From a virus (Duplodnaviria > Caudoviricetes), in the IMG/VR virus record IMGVR_UViG_3300022179_000455, positions 1 through 37,205 of that record: a stretch of DNA of 37,205 nucleotides; one strand, written 5' to 3'. The first letter of the stretch is position 1. Every line of letters begins with the position of its first letter. Of this stretch, positions 7,987 to 18,112 are shown piece by piece. Both the position numbers and the translations under genes were made by a program. A model generated the notes under the pieces. It saw only the letters and a program-made list of their open reading frames with translations. It did not search any database and was not told the DNA's origin.

Positions 7987-10020
7987 ATGCCATTCCAAGT
8001 TAGTCCAGGTGTAAACGTATCCGAAATTGACCTTACTACGGTTGTCCCTGCAGTCGCTACTACTGACGGTGCGATTTCTGGTCTTTTCAACTGGGGTCCA
8101 GTTCGCGAGCGCGTTCTTATTGATAGCGAACAATATCTTCTATCCCGTTTCGGCTCCCCAACAAATGATAACGCAGAGACTTGGTTCACTGCTGCTAGCT
8201 TCCTTTCATACGGAAATAAGCTACACGTAGTTCGCGCAGCCGATTCTAGCGTTTTGTCTGCTTTTGCAAATACTGGAGCAGCTACTGCTAACAGCTTAAA
8301 CACAGTTTTAAATAAAACCGATTACCTTGGTAAAGACGGAACTTTTGACGCTGACATTCAGTGGATTGCAAAGTATCCTGGGTCGTTTGGTAATTCTCTT
8401 CGTATTTCAGTTTGCGATACAGCTAATGGTTATACTTCAACTACTAATATGACTGCAGACGCAAATACGACAGGGACGTTTACAATTTCAGTAGGTAGTA
8501 ACGGCGCTACTGTTGCTGTTTCAAATACTGCTAGCGGTAACTTGATTGAAGCAAATACTAACGCTCTTTCGTATGCAAGCGCTATAGCCGTAAACGATTT
8601 AATCGAAGTCGGTAACTCTTCTGTAGGCGTTCAGTATATGAAGGTAACTAGCGTCGGCTCGGTTACTTCTAACGCTACTCACCGTTATTTCTCAGTTTCT
8701 TTCAACGATCCGTTACAGCTTCATACTAATATTTCCCAAACTAGCATTGAGCGTTTCTGGGAGTTCTTCAATGTAGTTGATTCGGCTCCAGGAACTTCAG
8801 AATACGTTACACAGTTCGGAAATACATCAGCAACAGACGAAATGCATGTCGTAGTTGTTGATGCTGGTGGTAAGTTTACAAAATCCCCTGGAACTGTTCT
8901 AGAAGTATTCAAGGGTGTTTCTCGCGCTACAGATTCTAAAACAATTGATGGCGGATCAAATTATTATAAGACTGTAGTAAACGAGCAGTCAAAGTATATT
9001 TGGTGGGCTAACGATCGCTCTTCAGCAATTTCTAACACTGCTACTAATGTAACTAGCGCTTCTAACACTGCTATCATGAACCTTCGTTTCAATGGTGGTG
9101 CAGAAGTAACAACAGAAGCTAACGTATCTGTAGCAACTCTTGCTACTGGTTACGATTATTTCGGTTCGGCTGAAGACGTTGATATTTCTCTTGTTCTAAC
9201 TGGTAAGTCCCGTGGTGGTACTAACGGCGAACAGCTCGGTAATTATCTCGTAGATAACATTGCAGAAACTCGTAAGGACTGCGTTGTATTCATTTCGCCA
9301 GATAAGGCAGACGTTGTTAATAACGTAGGAAACGAAGCAACCGCAATCGTAACATTCCGCAATAGCTGCCGCGATACTTCTTACGCAGTACTTGACTCTG
9401 GTTATAAGTACATGTATGACCGCTACAACGATCTTTATCGTTGGGTTCCACTCAATGGCGACATTGCTGGTCTCTGCGTTCGTACAGACAATATTAATGA
9501 TCCATGGTGGTCACCTGCTGGCTTCAACCGTGGCCAGATCAAGAATATTGTAAATCTTGCTTATAACCCACGTAAGGCAGATCGTGATACTCTATATAAG
9601 TCTGGTATCAACCCAGTAGTAACATTCCCAGGACAGGGTACGGTTCTATTTGGTGATAAGACTCTACAAGCCAAGCCATCTGCATTCGATCGCATCAACG
9701 TTCGTCGTCTGTTTATTGTTCTTGAAAAGGCAATTTCAACAGCTTCGAAATATACTCTGTTCGAGTTCAATGATGCGTTCACTCGCGCCCAGTTCAAGAA
9801 CCTCGTAACTCCATATCTTCGTGATATTAAGGGTCGTCGCGGTATCTATGACTTCTTGGTTGTTTGCGATGAAACAAACAATACTGGCGAAGTTATTGAT
9901 CGCAATGAGTTTATCGGAGACATTTACATTAAGCCAGCTCGTTCTATTAACTTCATCCAGCTTAATTTCGTTGCTGTACGCACTGGCGTTCAGTTCTCCG
10001 AAGTTGTTGGTCAGTTTTAA
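7987..10020 (+). CDS. gp18: Tail sheath protein gp18
   Basis: 'SPGV.V.EIDLT', 'PW.SPAG.NRG', 'FDRINVRRLF', 'YIKPARSINFI.LNFVA'. Confidence 0.97.
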   Translation: MPFQVSPGVNVSEIDLTTVVPAVATTDGAISGLFNWGPVRERVLIDSEQYLLSRFGSPTNDNAETWFTAASFLSYGNKLHVVRAADSSVLSAFANTGAATANSLNTVLNKTDYLGKDGTFDADIQWIAKYPGSFGNSLRISVCDTANGYTSTTNMTADANTTGTFTISVGSNGATVAVSNTASGNLIEANTNALSYASAIAVNDLIEVGNSSVGVQYMKVTSVGSVTSNATHRYFSVSFNDPLQLHTNISQTSIERFWEFFNVVDSAPGTSEYVTQFGNTSATDEMHVVVVDAGGKFTKSPGTVLEVFKGVSRATDSKTIDGGSNYYKTVVNEQSKYIWWANDRSSAISNTATNVTSASNTAIMNLRFNGGAEVTTEANVSVATLATGYDYFGSAEDVDISLVLTGKSRGGTNGEQLGNYLVDNIAETRKDCVVFISPDKADVVNNVGNEATAIVTFRNSCRDTSYAVLDSGYKYMYDRYNDLYRWVPLNGDIAGLCVRTDNINDPWWSPAGFNRGQIKNIVNLAYNPRKADRDTLYKSGINPVVTFPGQGTVLFGDKTLQAKPSAFDRINVRRLFIVLEKAISTASKYTLFEFNDAFTRAQFKNLVTPYLRDIKGRRGIYDFLVVCDETNNTGEVIDRNEFIGDIYIKPARSINFIQLNFVAVRTGVQFSEVVGQF

Positions 10021-10049
10021 TAAATAGATGAGCACAAAGGAGCACTAAA

Positions 10050-10619
10050 ATGGCATTTAATGTTAACGAATTTATTGCAAAAGGTTTGGAGTTCGGTGGC
10101 GCACGTCCTTCGCTCTTCGAAGTTCAGCTAACTGTTCCAAACCTTGCTTTTGGCGGAAATAGCGTTGACAAGTTTACTTTTGCTTGTCAAGCAGCTCAGT
10201 TACCAGCAGCTTCAGTTTCTCAGATCGAGGTTCCTTACTTCGGTCGTAGAATTAAGGTAGCTGGCGAGCGTTCGTTCGACAACTGGACTGTAACAGTAAT
10301 GAACGACGAAGACTTCAAGGTTCGCTCGTTGTTCGAATTTTGGTCAAATAGTCTCAACTCTTTAGAATCAAACGTGCGCGGTATTGGTCTTGATTCTGAA
10401 AATTACAAGGGCGAGCTTCTTGTAAAGCAGTATGCTAAGAGCGGAGAACAAATTAGATCATACAGAATTGTTGGCGCTTTCCCAACTGACGTTTCTGCTA
10501 TTGACCTAAACTGGAGTTCTACTGGAGCTGTTGAGTCGTTCACAGTAACATTCGCTTACGATTATTGGGTCCCAGAACTTGAGTCTGGCGCTGTAAATCG
10601 TTACGGTCTAGCAGTTTAA
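10050..10619 (+). CDS. gp19: Tail tube protein gp19
   Basis: 'GGARPSLFEV', 'FGRRIKVAGERSFDNWTVT.MNDEDF', 'F.VTF.YDYW'. Preceded by an AATAAATA late-promoter variant at 10019-10026. Confidence 0.95.
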   Translation: MAFNVNEFIAKGLEFGGARPSLFEVQLTVPNLAFGGNSVDKFTFACQAAQLPAASVSQIEVPYFGRRIKVAGERSFDNWTVTVMNDEDFKVRSLFEFWSNSLNSLESNVRGIGLDSENYKGELLVKQYAKSGEQIRSYRIVGAFPTDVSAIDLNWSSTGAVESFTVTFAYDYWVPELESGAVNRYGLAV

Positions 10620-10656
10620 TAGTATAAAATATATGATGCGCCTCTGAAACAAATAC

Positions 10657-10686
10657 AGGAAGAGGCTGTATAGCCTCTTTCTTTTT
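10657..10686 (+). terminator. Rho-independent terminator after gp19
   Basis: AGGAAGAGGCT-gtat-AGCCTCTTTCT followed by a T-run. Confidence 0.75.
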
Positions 10687-10697
10687 AGGAGATTTTG

Positions 10698-12404
10698 ATG
10701 GAATTATTCGGCTGGGAATTTAAGCGTAGAAAAGAACTAGATCCAATACCATCGTTTGCACCAAAAGAACAAGAAGACGGTGCGGTTATTGTTGCGGCTG
10801 GTGGTTCGTTTGGTACATATGTAGATCTAGATGGTACAGTAAGAACAGAAGCCGAGCTTGTTACAAAGTATCGTGAAATGTCATTACAGCCAGAGTGCGA
10901 CTCTGCTATTGACGAAATTGTAAATGAGATGGTGTCGATTGATGAAGAAAAAGTTGTATCAATTGATCTTGACAATGTTGATGTTCCAGACAAAGTAAAG
11001 AAAGCAATTAGAGACGAGTTCGATAACTGTCTCAATATTCTCAATTTCAATAGACAAGCGTATGAAATTATTCGCCGTTGGTACACTGACGGACGTTTGT
11101 ATTATCATGTTCTAATTGATGAAGCTGATCCAAAAGCTGGCATCAAGGAAATTCGTTACATTGACCCACGCAAGATTCGCAAAGTGCGTGAAATTGCTAA
11201 GAAGCGTGTCAAAGGTGGCGAGATGGCAGAAGCTGTCATTCAAAGAACTCAAAACGAATATTATATTTTCAATGACAAAGGTTTCAATTACGGCAACAAG
11301 GCAGTAGGTCCAAGTACCACTGGTCTTCGTATTGCTAAGGATTCAATCCTTCACGTCACTTCTGGTTTAACTGATACGCAGGGAACGATGGTTCTCTCGT
11401 ATTTGCATAAAGCTATCAAGGCATTGAACCAGCTGCGTACACTTGAAGACGCGCTGGTAATTTATCGTTTGGCTCGTGCGCCAGAACGTCGTATTTGGTA
11501 TATTGACGTAGGTAATTTGCCAAAGATGAAAGCAGAGCAGTACGTCCGTGATATCATGGTCAAGCACAAAAACCGTTTGATCTATGACGCATCAACTGGC
11601 GAAATCCGCGACGACCGCAAGTTCATGACTATGCTTGAGGACTATTGGCTACCTCGCCGCGAAGGTGGTCGTGGTACTGAAGTTACTACACTGGCTGGTG
11701 GTCAAACACTTGGTCAGATGGATGACGTTCTGTATTTCCAGAAAAAGTTCCTTCAAACATTGAACGTACCAACGAATCGTCTCAACTCTGATGCGTTGTT
11801 CTCGCTCGGGCGCGCGACAGAAGTTACTCGTGACGAGTTGAAGTTCAGCCGTTTCGTTTCTCGCCTTCGTAGTCGTTTTGCTACGTTATTTGTCAAGATG
11901 CTAGAGAAGCAGCTGGTATTGAAACAGATCATGTCAATTGAAGACTTCGCTCTTATTCAGCAGAAGATTACATTTGAGTTTGCTAAGGATAACTACTTCT
12001 CCGAACTCAAAGATGGCGAGATCCTCGACAACCGTATCAACCTTGCTCGCAACCTGCAGGATATGGTTGGTAAGTACTATTCGAATGAATGGTTACGTCG
12101 TGAAGTTCTCAAGCAGTCTGATGATATTATCGAAGAAATGGACAAGGAAATCGCCGAGGAAAAAGATAACCCGCAGTTTATGGATCCTTTGTTACTGCAA
12201 CAGCAGCAAATGGATGGCGCGATAGGTCAGCAAGATTTCCAGCCAGAGACAACTACTGATAAAATGCCACAAGAGCAGGAAAATGGCAACAGATTACAAG
12301 ATGCTCAGGCTACTTACGAATTATTGAAAAACAAAAAGAATCGTACACTAAAAGATGAGGCGGATTTAAAGTCTGCAGCTCAAATATTGGCTAAAAATAA
12401 ATAA
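10698..12404 (+). CDS. gp20: Portal vertex protein gp20
   Basis: 'IYRLARAPERRIWYIDVGNLPK.KAEQY' and 'MLEDYWLPRREGGRGTE'. AGGAG RBS before the ATG at 10698. Confidence 0.97.
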   Translation: MELFGWEFKRRKELDPIPSFAPKEQEDGAVIVAAGGSFGTYVDLDGTVRTEAELVTKYREMSLQPECDSAIDEIVNEMVSIDEEKVVSIDLDNVDVPDKVKKAIRDEFDNCLNILNFNRQAYEIIRRWYTDGRLYYHVLIDEADPKAGIKEIRYIDPRKIRKVREIAKKRVKGGEMAEAVIQRTQNEYYIFNDKGFNYGNKAVGPSTTGLRIAKDSILHVTSGLTDTQGTMVLSYLHKAIKALNQLRTLEDALVIYRLARAPERRIWYIDVGNLPKMKAEQYVRDIMVKHKNRLIYDASTGEIRDDRKFMTMLEDYWLPRREGGRGTEVTTLAGGQTLGQMDDVLYFQKKFLQTLNVPTNRLNSDALFSLGRATEVTRDELKFSRFVSRLRSRFATLFVKMLEKQLVLKQIMSIEDFALIQQKITFEFAKDNYFSELKDGEILDNRINLARNLQDMVGKYYSNEWLRREVLKQSDDIIEEMDKEIAEEKDNPQFMDPLLLQQQQMDGAIGQQDFQPETTTDKMPQEQENGNRLQDAQATYELLKNKKNRTLKDEADLKSAAQILAKNK

Positions 12405-12416
12405 TTGGAGATAATT

Positions 12417-12689
12417 ATGGATAATGAGACACAAGTTTCTGTAACTGATTTATTGAATTTTGCACACCAGCAAAAGCCAACAGATTTTGAAGACGCATTT
12501 AAAAGTATAATGGCTGACAAAATGGTAGCAGCTATTGATGCTAAAAAGGTAGAGATTGCTTCTAGTTTATATTCTTCTACTGAAGAAACTAATGATGAAG
12601 AAGAAACTGTTGAAGCGGATGAATTAGAAACTGAAACAGAAAAACAAGAAGAAACACCAGAGGAACCTACAGATGGCGAAACAGCTTAA
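12417..12689 (+). CDS. Acidic prohead core protein, gp67-like
   Basis: Small ORF with a Glu-rich C-terminus immediately after gp20. GGAG RBS before the ATG at 12417. Confidence 0.7.
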   Translation: MDNETQVSVTDLLNFAHQQKPTDFEDAFKSIMADKMVAAIDAKKVEIASSLYSSTEETNDEEETVEADELETETEKQEETPEEPTDGETA

Positions 12690-13992
12690 AGATATTTTGA
12701 AGGCAGCTAGCGACACCATTAAGGGTGTTCGCCCTTCAACTACAACCGATCTTTCGCTCGGCAAAGATCCTGGTGTTGACTACGATCCAAAAGCTAAGGA
12801 CGAGCAAGATTTTGTAGCAAAGCATTCGGTTCAGAAGTGGGATGATCCTAACGGCAATGGCTCTGATGTTTTTCAAGCAACCAATGTTAACCACAGTCAG
12901 GTTTCTCACGCCCATGGTTACAAGCCACCAAAGGATAAAAAGGTAAACGAAGAGTCTTTTGACGAAGCGTGGATTGTTACGCATAAAGATGGCGAGGTAA
13001 CAACCCACGCAGGACAAAAAGATGCTATGTCTGCCTCTAAAAAATCTCCTGGTTCAAAGGTTTCAGCTACACACGGCGCGATGGGTCAGAAAGCCCATGA
13101 TGTTCTTTCGCCGCATCAGCGTAGTGACATGGGCACATTCAGCGCCGCAGGTTACACGCCGCCTGAAAAGAAAAAGAAACTAAAGGAAGCAGCCAAGTGC
13201 AATATGACTGAGGCTGGTAAAATGTGCGAAGTTCATGGTTTGAAAGAGTGCTGGAAAGAGTCTACACACATGAACAAAGAAGAAGTTGAGAATATTGAAG
13301 AGATGCCAACTCAGTATAGATCAACTGCTGGCATGGGTGCTAAAAGAGGTTGGGCTTCTAAAAAAGCAGCAAGAGTAGCTTTCCAAAACCCACAACCTTT
13401 GCGCGAACCAGGAACTAAGAGAGCAGACAAAGCTAGTGGCGACGCAGCTGTTGCTGCTCATTTAGCAAGTGGCGGTAAAATTACTCAGCTTCCACCTGGA
13501 AGAGCAAAGGGTGTTCGTAAAGAAGAAGTCGAGCAGGTCGATGAAGTATTGACCAAGAAGGATCCAGCATCAACTTGGATTCGCGATTTCATCAAGTCAA
13601 AAGATCCAAAGTTTGCTGGTAAGTCAAAGAAAGAGCGTCAGCGTATGGCTCTTGGTGCTTACTATGCAAAGCAGCGCAATGAGTCGGTTGAAGAGGATCT
13701 CGCAGTCCCACTACTTGGCGGCGATGACCACGACGAATCTGCTGAAATGGCAAAAGCACAACTCAAGGCACTAGCTGCTAAGGCAAATGCTCTTGCTGAC
13801 CAACTATCTGACGATCTAATGATCGAGCCATGGGTGCAGTCAAAGATTGCAGTTGCAAAAGACTATGTAACTTCGGTTCACGATTACATGATCTATGGTG
13901 AGCACGATAAGAATAACGAACAAACTGGGCCAGACACCCCAATGACATTTCCTAATATGTCAGTGGACGTAAATACAGGACGAAACGTATGA
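12673..13992 (+). CDS. Prohead core / internal head protein (gp68 position), modular
   Basis: Lies between the gp67-like gene and gp21. Repeated (V/I/L)xE(E) gp21-cleavage-like motifs separate basic modules. Confidence 0.55.
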   Translation: MAKQLKDILKAASDTIKGVRPSTTTDLSLGKDPGVDYDPKAKDEQDFVAKHSVQKWDDPNGNGSDVFQATNVNHSQVSHAHGYKPPKDKKVNEESFDEAWIVTHKDGEVTTHAGQKDAMSASKKSPGSKVSATHGAMGQKAHDVLSPHQRSDMGTFSAAGYTPPEKKKKLKEAAKCNMTEAGKMCEVHGLKECWKESTHMNKEEVENIEEMPTQYRSTAGMGAKRGWASKKAARVAFQNPQPLREPGTKRADKASGDAAVAAHLASGGKITQLPPGRAKGVRKEEVEQVDEVLTKKDPASTWIRDFIKSKDPKFAGKSKKERQRMALGAYYAKQRNESVEEDLAVPLLGGDDHDESAEMAKAQLKALAAKANALADQLSDDLMIEPWVQSKIAVAKDYVTSVHDYMIYGEHDKNNEQTGPDTPMTFPNMSVDVNTGRNV

Positions 13993-14234
13993 TACTCAAG
14001 TTACTAGGCGCAGAAATTGATATTGGTTCTACAGCAAACGCTGTTGCTAACTCAACTTTGGTTCGTGTAATCAATACTGGTGCTGCAGCTGTACTAAATG
14101 TTCAATACTCTAATGGCACTGTTTATGCTAATACTACTGTTTCAAATGTAGAGTATGTTGTCATAGAGAAGGCAGCGACAGATAAGTTGGTTGGTACTGG
14201 CTTGAAAGCCACACCAGTCGCATACAAATACTAA
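13989..14234 (+). CDS. Small hypothetical virion/head-associated protein
   Basis: 81-aa beta-rich ORF with ATGA coupling, just upstream of gp21. Confidence 0.55.
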   Translation: MILKLLGAEIDIGSTANAVANSTLVRVINTGAAAVLNVQYSNGTVYANTTVSNVEYVVIEKAATDKLVGTGLKATPVAYKY

Positions 14235-14243
14235 GAGGATAAA

Positions 14244-14915
14244 ATGAAGCTCATTACAGAGTTAGTCGAAGAAGTTCAATATATCGCTGAAGCTAAAGAA
14301 AACGGCGATAAGGAACACTTCATTGAAGGTATTTTCCTCCAGGCTAACAGAAAAAACAGAAACGGTCGTATTTATCCTATCAACATCATGGAGCGTGAAG
14401 TTGAACGCTACATGAGAGATGTTGTAGCAAACAACCGTGCGTATGGTGAGCTTGGTCACCCAGAGGGTCCATCAATTAATCTTGACCGTGTTTCCCATAT
14501 CATTACAGAACTCCGTCGCGATGGCGACAACTTTATCGGTAAGGCAAAACTAACAGACACACCAATGGGCAACATTGCGAGAGGTCTTCTAAAGTCAGGT
14601 GCCAACCTTGGCGTATCTTCACGTGGTATGGGGTCGCTTGTTCCACGCAAGGACGGTATTATGGAAGTTCAGGACGATTTCCGTTTGGCTACTGCTGCCG
14701 ATATTGTTGCTGATCCGTCAGCACCAGATGCTTTCGTTAAGGGCATTATGGAAGGCGTCGAGTGGATTTATGACCCAGTTAAGGAAACATGGCACGAAGA
14801 GAAAATCGACAATATCAAGAAGGCTGTACATGAAATGTCGAAGAGCCAACTTGAAGAGCAAAAGTTTGCTATATTCGAGAACTATATCAGTTCTTTAGCA
14901 TTCAAGATAAAATAA
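14244..14915 (+). CDS. gp21: Prohead protease gp21
   Basis: 'IEGIFLQA..KNRNGRIYP', 'GELGHP', 'GVSSRGMGSL', 'DIVADPSAPDAFV'. Confidence 0.96.
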   Translation: MKLITELVEEVQYIAEAKENGDKEHFIEGIFLQANRKNRNGRIYPINIMEREVERYMRDVVANNRAYGELGHPEGPSINLDRVSHIITELRRDGDNFIGKAKLTDTPMGNIARGLLKSGANLGVSSRGMGSLVPRKDGIMEVQDDFRLATAADIVADPSAPDAFVKGIMEGVEWIYDPVKETWHEEKIDNIKKAVHEMSKSQLEEQKFAIFENYISSLAFKIK

Positions 14916-14916
14916 A

Positions 14917-14924
14917 TATAAATA
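14917..14924 (+). promoter_or_regulatory. T4-type late promoter TATAAATA
   Basis: Exact consensus upstream of gp22. Confidence 0.85.
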
Positions 14925-14951
14925 ATTGTAAATTCCAGAGGGAGACCTTAA

Positions 14952-16004
14952 ATGACAGACCAAGTAGAAAACATTGAAGCTATTGAAGAAGAAGTTCTCG
15001 ACGAGGCTTCTATGGCTGCAGATTCTCTAAAGCCAGCTTCACGTTCGGGCGGTTCAGATCCTAAGTCAAAGATTGGCTATCTTACAGCAATCATTGGCAC
15101 TCTTGCTGCTGCCAAGAAGGAAGATCTTGTGAAGTGGTACAATGATACACAGTCACTTTACGGACCAGGTAAGGATTGGGGCGTTGGCGATAAGTCAGGC
15201 GCTAATCAGGCTACTGTTGACATGAAGGGCGGTAAGGGTCCAAAGACTAAGGACGCCATGCCAAAGCTCTCTGTCAAGGAAGACGTTGAAGAGATGTTCA
15301 ATGGTCAGGATCTGTCCGAAGAGTTCAAGGATAATGCTGCTACTCTATTTGAGGCAGCTATCAATGCTCGTCTTGTACTTGAGACTGCACGTCTTGAGGA
15401 AGAGTTTGAAACTAAGCTAACTGAAGCTGTTTCTTCTATTGAAGAAGAGCTTTCTTCAAAGGTTGATTCTTATCTCGACTATGTTGTTGAGTCATGGATC
15501 AAGGAAAATGAAGTAGCTATCGAGGCTTCAATTCGCAATGAGCTTGCTGAAGAGTTCATTGAGGGTCTCAAGAATCTATTCGCCAAACATTACATCGATG
15601 TCCCACAGGACAAGATGGACGTAATTGAAGGTCTTGCCGAGAAGGTCGAAGAGCTTGAGTCAAAGCTCGACGAAGTTATCGAAGAGAATGTTGCTATGAA
15701 GGACGCTCTTGTTGAGTCTGAGAAGAAGGAAGTTTTCAATTCTATGCTTGAAGACCTAACTCTTTCACAGCAGGAAAAGTTCAGAGCTCTCGCCGAGGGT
15801 GTTGATTTTGACGGCGATTTAGAAATTTATTCTAAGAAACTTTCGATTGTCAAGGAAAACTATTTTGCTGAGAAGAAGGCACCAGTAGTTACCTCGAATA
15901 TCGAAGAGGAAACATTTGAGGGTGAAGCTGCGCCTAATACCGTGGCAGTTGATCCTGTAGTCAACCGTTACGTTCAGGCGATCGCAAGATCCGTCAAGAA
16001 GTAA
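14952..16004 (+). CDS. gp22: Prohead scaffold protein gp22
   Basis: 'LSEEFK..AATLFEAA' and 'VDSYLDYVVESW..ENEVAIE', acidic coiled coil, between gp21 and gp23. Confidence 0.93.
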   Translation: MTDQVENIEAIEEEVLDEASMAADSLKPASRSGGSDPKSKIGYLTAIIGTLAAAKKEDLVKWYNDTQSLYGPGKDWGVGDKSGANQATVDMKGGKGPKTKDAMPKLSVKEDVEEMFNGQDLSEEFKDNAATLFEAAINARLVLETARLEEEFETKLTEAVSSIEEELSSKVDSYLDYVVESWIKENEVAIEASIRNELAEEFIEGLKNLFAKHYIDVPQDKMDVIEGLAEKVEELESKLDEVIEENVAMKDALVESEKKEVFNSMLEDLTLSQQEKFRALAEGVDFDGDLEIYSKKLSIVKENYFAEKKAPVVTSNIEEETFEGEAAPNTVAVDPVVNRYVQAIARSVKK

Positions 16005-16008
16005 TAAT

Positions 16009-16016
16009 TATAAATA
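16009..16016 (+). promoter_or_regulatory. T4-type late promoter TATAAATA
   Basis: Exact consensus upstream of gp23. Confidence 0.88.
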
Positions 16017-16049
16017 ACTTTATATCCTAGCTTTCAAAAGGAGACAAAA

Positions 16050-17456
16050 ATGTATCTAGCTGAGGAAATTCAAAAGAAGTGGGCTCCAGTTCTTGACCAC
16101 GAGGCTCTCGGTGGAATCAAGGACGGTCACCGCCGTTCCGTAACTGCAGTTGTTCTTGAGAACACTGAGCGTGCACTCCGCGAGGCTGGCGCTCATGGTT
16201 CTTACCAGACTCTAACTGAGACTGATTACGCTTCCAATCTTCCAGTTAACAACATGGGCGGTTCTTCGTCCAGTGCTGGTCAGGGTGGTATCGATACTTT
16301 CGATCCAGTTCTTATCTCGCTCGTACGTCGTGCAATGCCTAACCTCATTGCTTATGACATCTGCGGCGTTCAGCCAATGACTGGTCCAACTGGTCTTATC
16401 TTCGCAATGCGTTCGAAGTATAACAACCAGGGTAACGGTACTTCCAATACCTCGTTCGCTGGCAATCAGGCTAACGAAACATTCTACAACGAAGTTAACA
16501 CTGCGTTCTCGACTGTTGTTGCTGGTAACTCAACATTCGGTCAGCAGTTCTCTGGTACAATCCCAGGTCAGACTAACACCACTCCACTCGTCAATACTGC
16601 AAACTATAACACTGGTTTCGGTATGTCTACTGCTACTGCAGAAGGTCTCGGCGCTCTTGGAACTGGTTCTGACGACTTCAACCAGATGGCTTTCTCGATT
16701 GAGAAGGTAACTGTAACTGCTAAGTCCCGTGCACTCAAGGCTGAGTACACTATGGAACTCGCTCAGGATCTCAAGGCAATTCACGGTCTTGACGCTGAGA
16801 CTGAGCTTGCTAACATTCTTTCGGCTGAAATCCTTGCGGAAATCAACCGTGAAGTTGTTCGCGAAATCAACATCACCGCAGAGCAGGGCGCTGCCGACAA
16901 CACCACTACTGCTGGTGTATTCGACCTCGACACCGACTCAAACGGTCGTTGGTCAGTTGAAAAGTTCAAGGGTCTTATGTTCCAGCTCGAGCGCGAAGCA
17001 AACCAGATTGCCAAGCAGACTCGTCGCGGTAAGGGTAACATCGTTATCTGCTCGTCAGACGTTGCGTCTGCTCTTCAGATGGCTGGTGTTCTTGACTACA
17101 CCCCTGCTCTTAACAGCAACAACCTTCAGGTAGACGACACTGGCAACACCTTCGCTGGTGTTCTCAACGGTCGCCTCCGCGTTTACATTGACCCATATGC
17201 TGTCGGTGGTAACTACCTCACCGTTGGTTATAAGGGTTCGTCTGCATTCGACGCTGGTCTCTTCTACTGCCCATACGTACCACTTCAGATGGTTCGTGCA
17301 GTTGATCCAGGCTCCTTCCAGCCAAAGATCGGCTTCAAGACTCGTTACGGAATGGTCGCAAACCCATTCGCTGAGGGTCTTAACAAGGGCGCAGGACGTC
17401 TCGCAACTAGCACTAATAAGTACTATCGTCGCGTTATCGTCACTAACCTTATGTGA
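16050..17456 (+). CDS. gp23: Major capsid protein gp23
   Basis: 'LISLVRRAMPNLIAYDICGVQPMTGPTGLIFAMRS', 'SRALKAEYT.ELAQDLKAIHGLDAE', 'FQPKIGFKTRYG'. Confidence 0.99.
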   Translation: MYLAEEIQKKWAPVLDHEALGGIKDGHRRSVTAVVLENTERALREAGAHGSYQTLTETDYASNLPVNNMGGSSSSAGQGGIDTFDPVLISLVRRAMPNLIAYDICGVQPMTGPTGLIFAMRSKYNNQGNGTSNTSFAGNQANETFYNEVNTAFSTVVAGNSTFGQQFSGTIPGQTNTTPLVNTANYNTGFGMSTATAEGLGALGTGSDDFNQMAFSIEKVTVTAKSRALKAEYTMELAQDLKAIHGLDAETELANILSAEILAEINREVVREINITAEQGAADNTTTAGVFDLDTDSNGRWSVEKFKGLMFQLEREANQIAKQTRRGKGNIVICSSDVASALQMAGVLDYTPALNSNNLQVDDTGNTFAGVLNGRLRVYIDPYAVGGNYLTVGYKGSSAFDAGLFYCPYVPLQMVRAVDPGSFQPKIGFKTRYGMVANPFAEGLNKGAGRLATSTNKYYRRVIVTNLM

Positions 17457-17488
17457 TCTTTTAAAAGATCGGGTTAACCGACAAGATT

Positions 17489-17512
17489 GGGGAGCTTCGG
17501 CTCCCCTTTTTT
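17489..17512 (+). terminator. Rho-independent terminator with cUUCGg tetraloop
   Basis: GGGGAGC-TTCG-GCTCCCC-TTTTTT, a T4-type hairpin after gp23. Confidence 0.92.
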
Positions 17513-17513
17513 G

Positions 17514-17541
17514 TTGACTTTTTCTCTAAAGCTAGTATAAT
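17514..17541 (+). promoter_or_regulatory. Sigma70-like promoter TTGACT-N16-TATAAT
   Basis: Directly after the gp23 terminator. An AATAAATA late variant follows at 17559-17566. Confidence 0.6.
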
Positions 17542-17589
17542 CACTACTGTGCCCCATTAATAAATAATAGTAAACAACAGGAGTGCACT

Positions 17590-18111
17590 ATGAGCGCGAT
17601 TGACAAAACACCAGAAAATAAAAACTTTCTCAGTCCACTCAATTTTACGTTTGTTCTGAAAAGATCTCCGTCTTTAAATTTTTTCGTGCAAAAGATTAAC
17701 ATACCTTCAATTACTCTAGGATACGTAAATCAGCCTGGACCACAGTTAGCTATTCCTTATAGCGGCGATCACATTGAGTATGAAAATCTTTCAATTACAT
17801 TTAAAGTAGATGAAGATTTCGAAAATTATCTAGAAATTCATAATTGGTTGACTTCATTAGGATATCCTGTTACACAAACTGGATTTGCTAGATTACAAAA
17901 TTCAGATAAAGCTAGTGGCGAAGGAATTAAATCAGATATATCTTTGATAATAACTGATGGTTTAAAAAATCCTAACATGGAAATAACATTCAAAGATGCT
18001 TTCCCAATAAATTTGTCTGAGCTTATTTTTGAAACAGTAGACACTGATTTAAATTACGTAACAGCTACTACAACTTTTAAATATGCTTATTACGATATTG
18101 TAAAATTATAA
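17590..18111 (+). CDS. gp3: Tail completion / tube terminator protein gp3
   Basis: 'NFLSP..F.F', 'NIPSITLG', 'L.ITFKVDED.ENY.EIHNW', 'F.DAFP..LS'. Occupies the post-gp23 slot as in cyanophage-type T4-likes. Confidence 0.88.
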   Translation: MSAIDKTPENKNFLSPLNFTFVLKRSPSLNFFVQKINIPSITLGYVNQPGPQLAIPYSGDHIEYENLSITFKVDEDFENYLEIHNWLTSLGYPVTQTGFARLQNSDKASGEGIKSDISLIITDGLKNPNMEITFKDAFPINLSELIFETVDTDLNYVTATTTFKYAYYDIVKL

Positions 18112-18112
18112 C

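Noticed and set aside
16516-17517. Long alternate-frame and antisense ORFs overlapping gp23 (and similarly gp18, gp20, gp46)
   Set aside because: Expected shadows of strong codon bias, with no RBS or protein-like composition.
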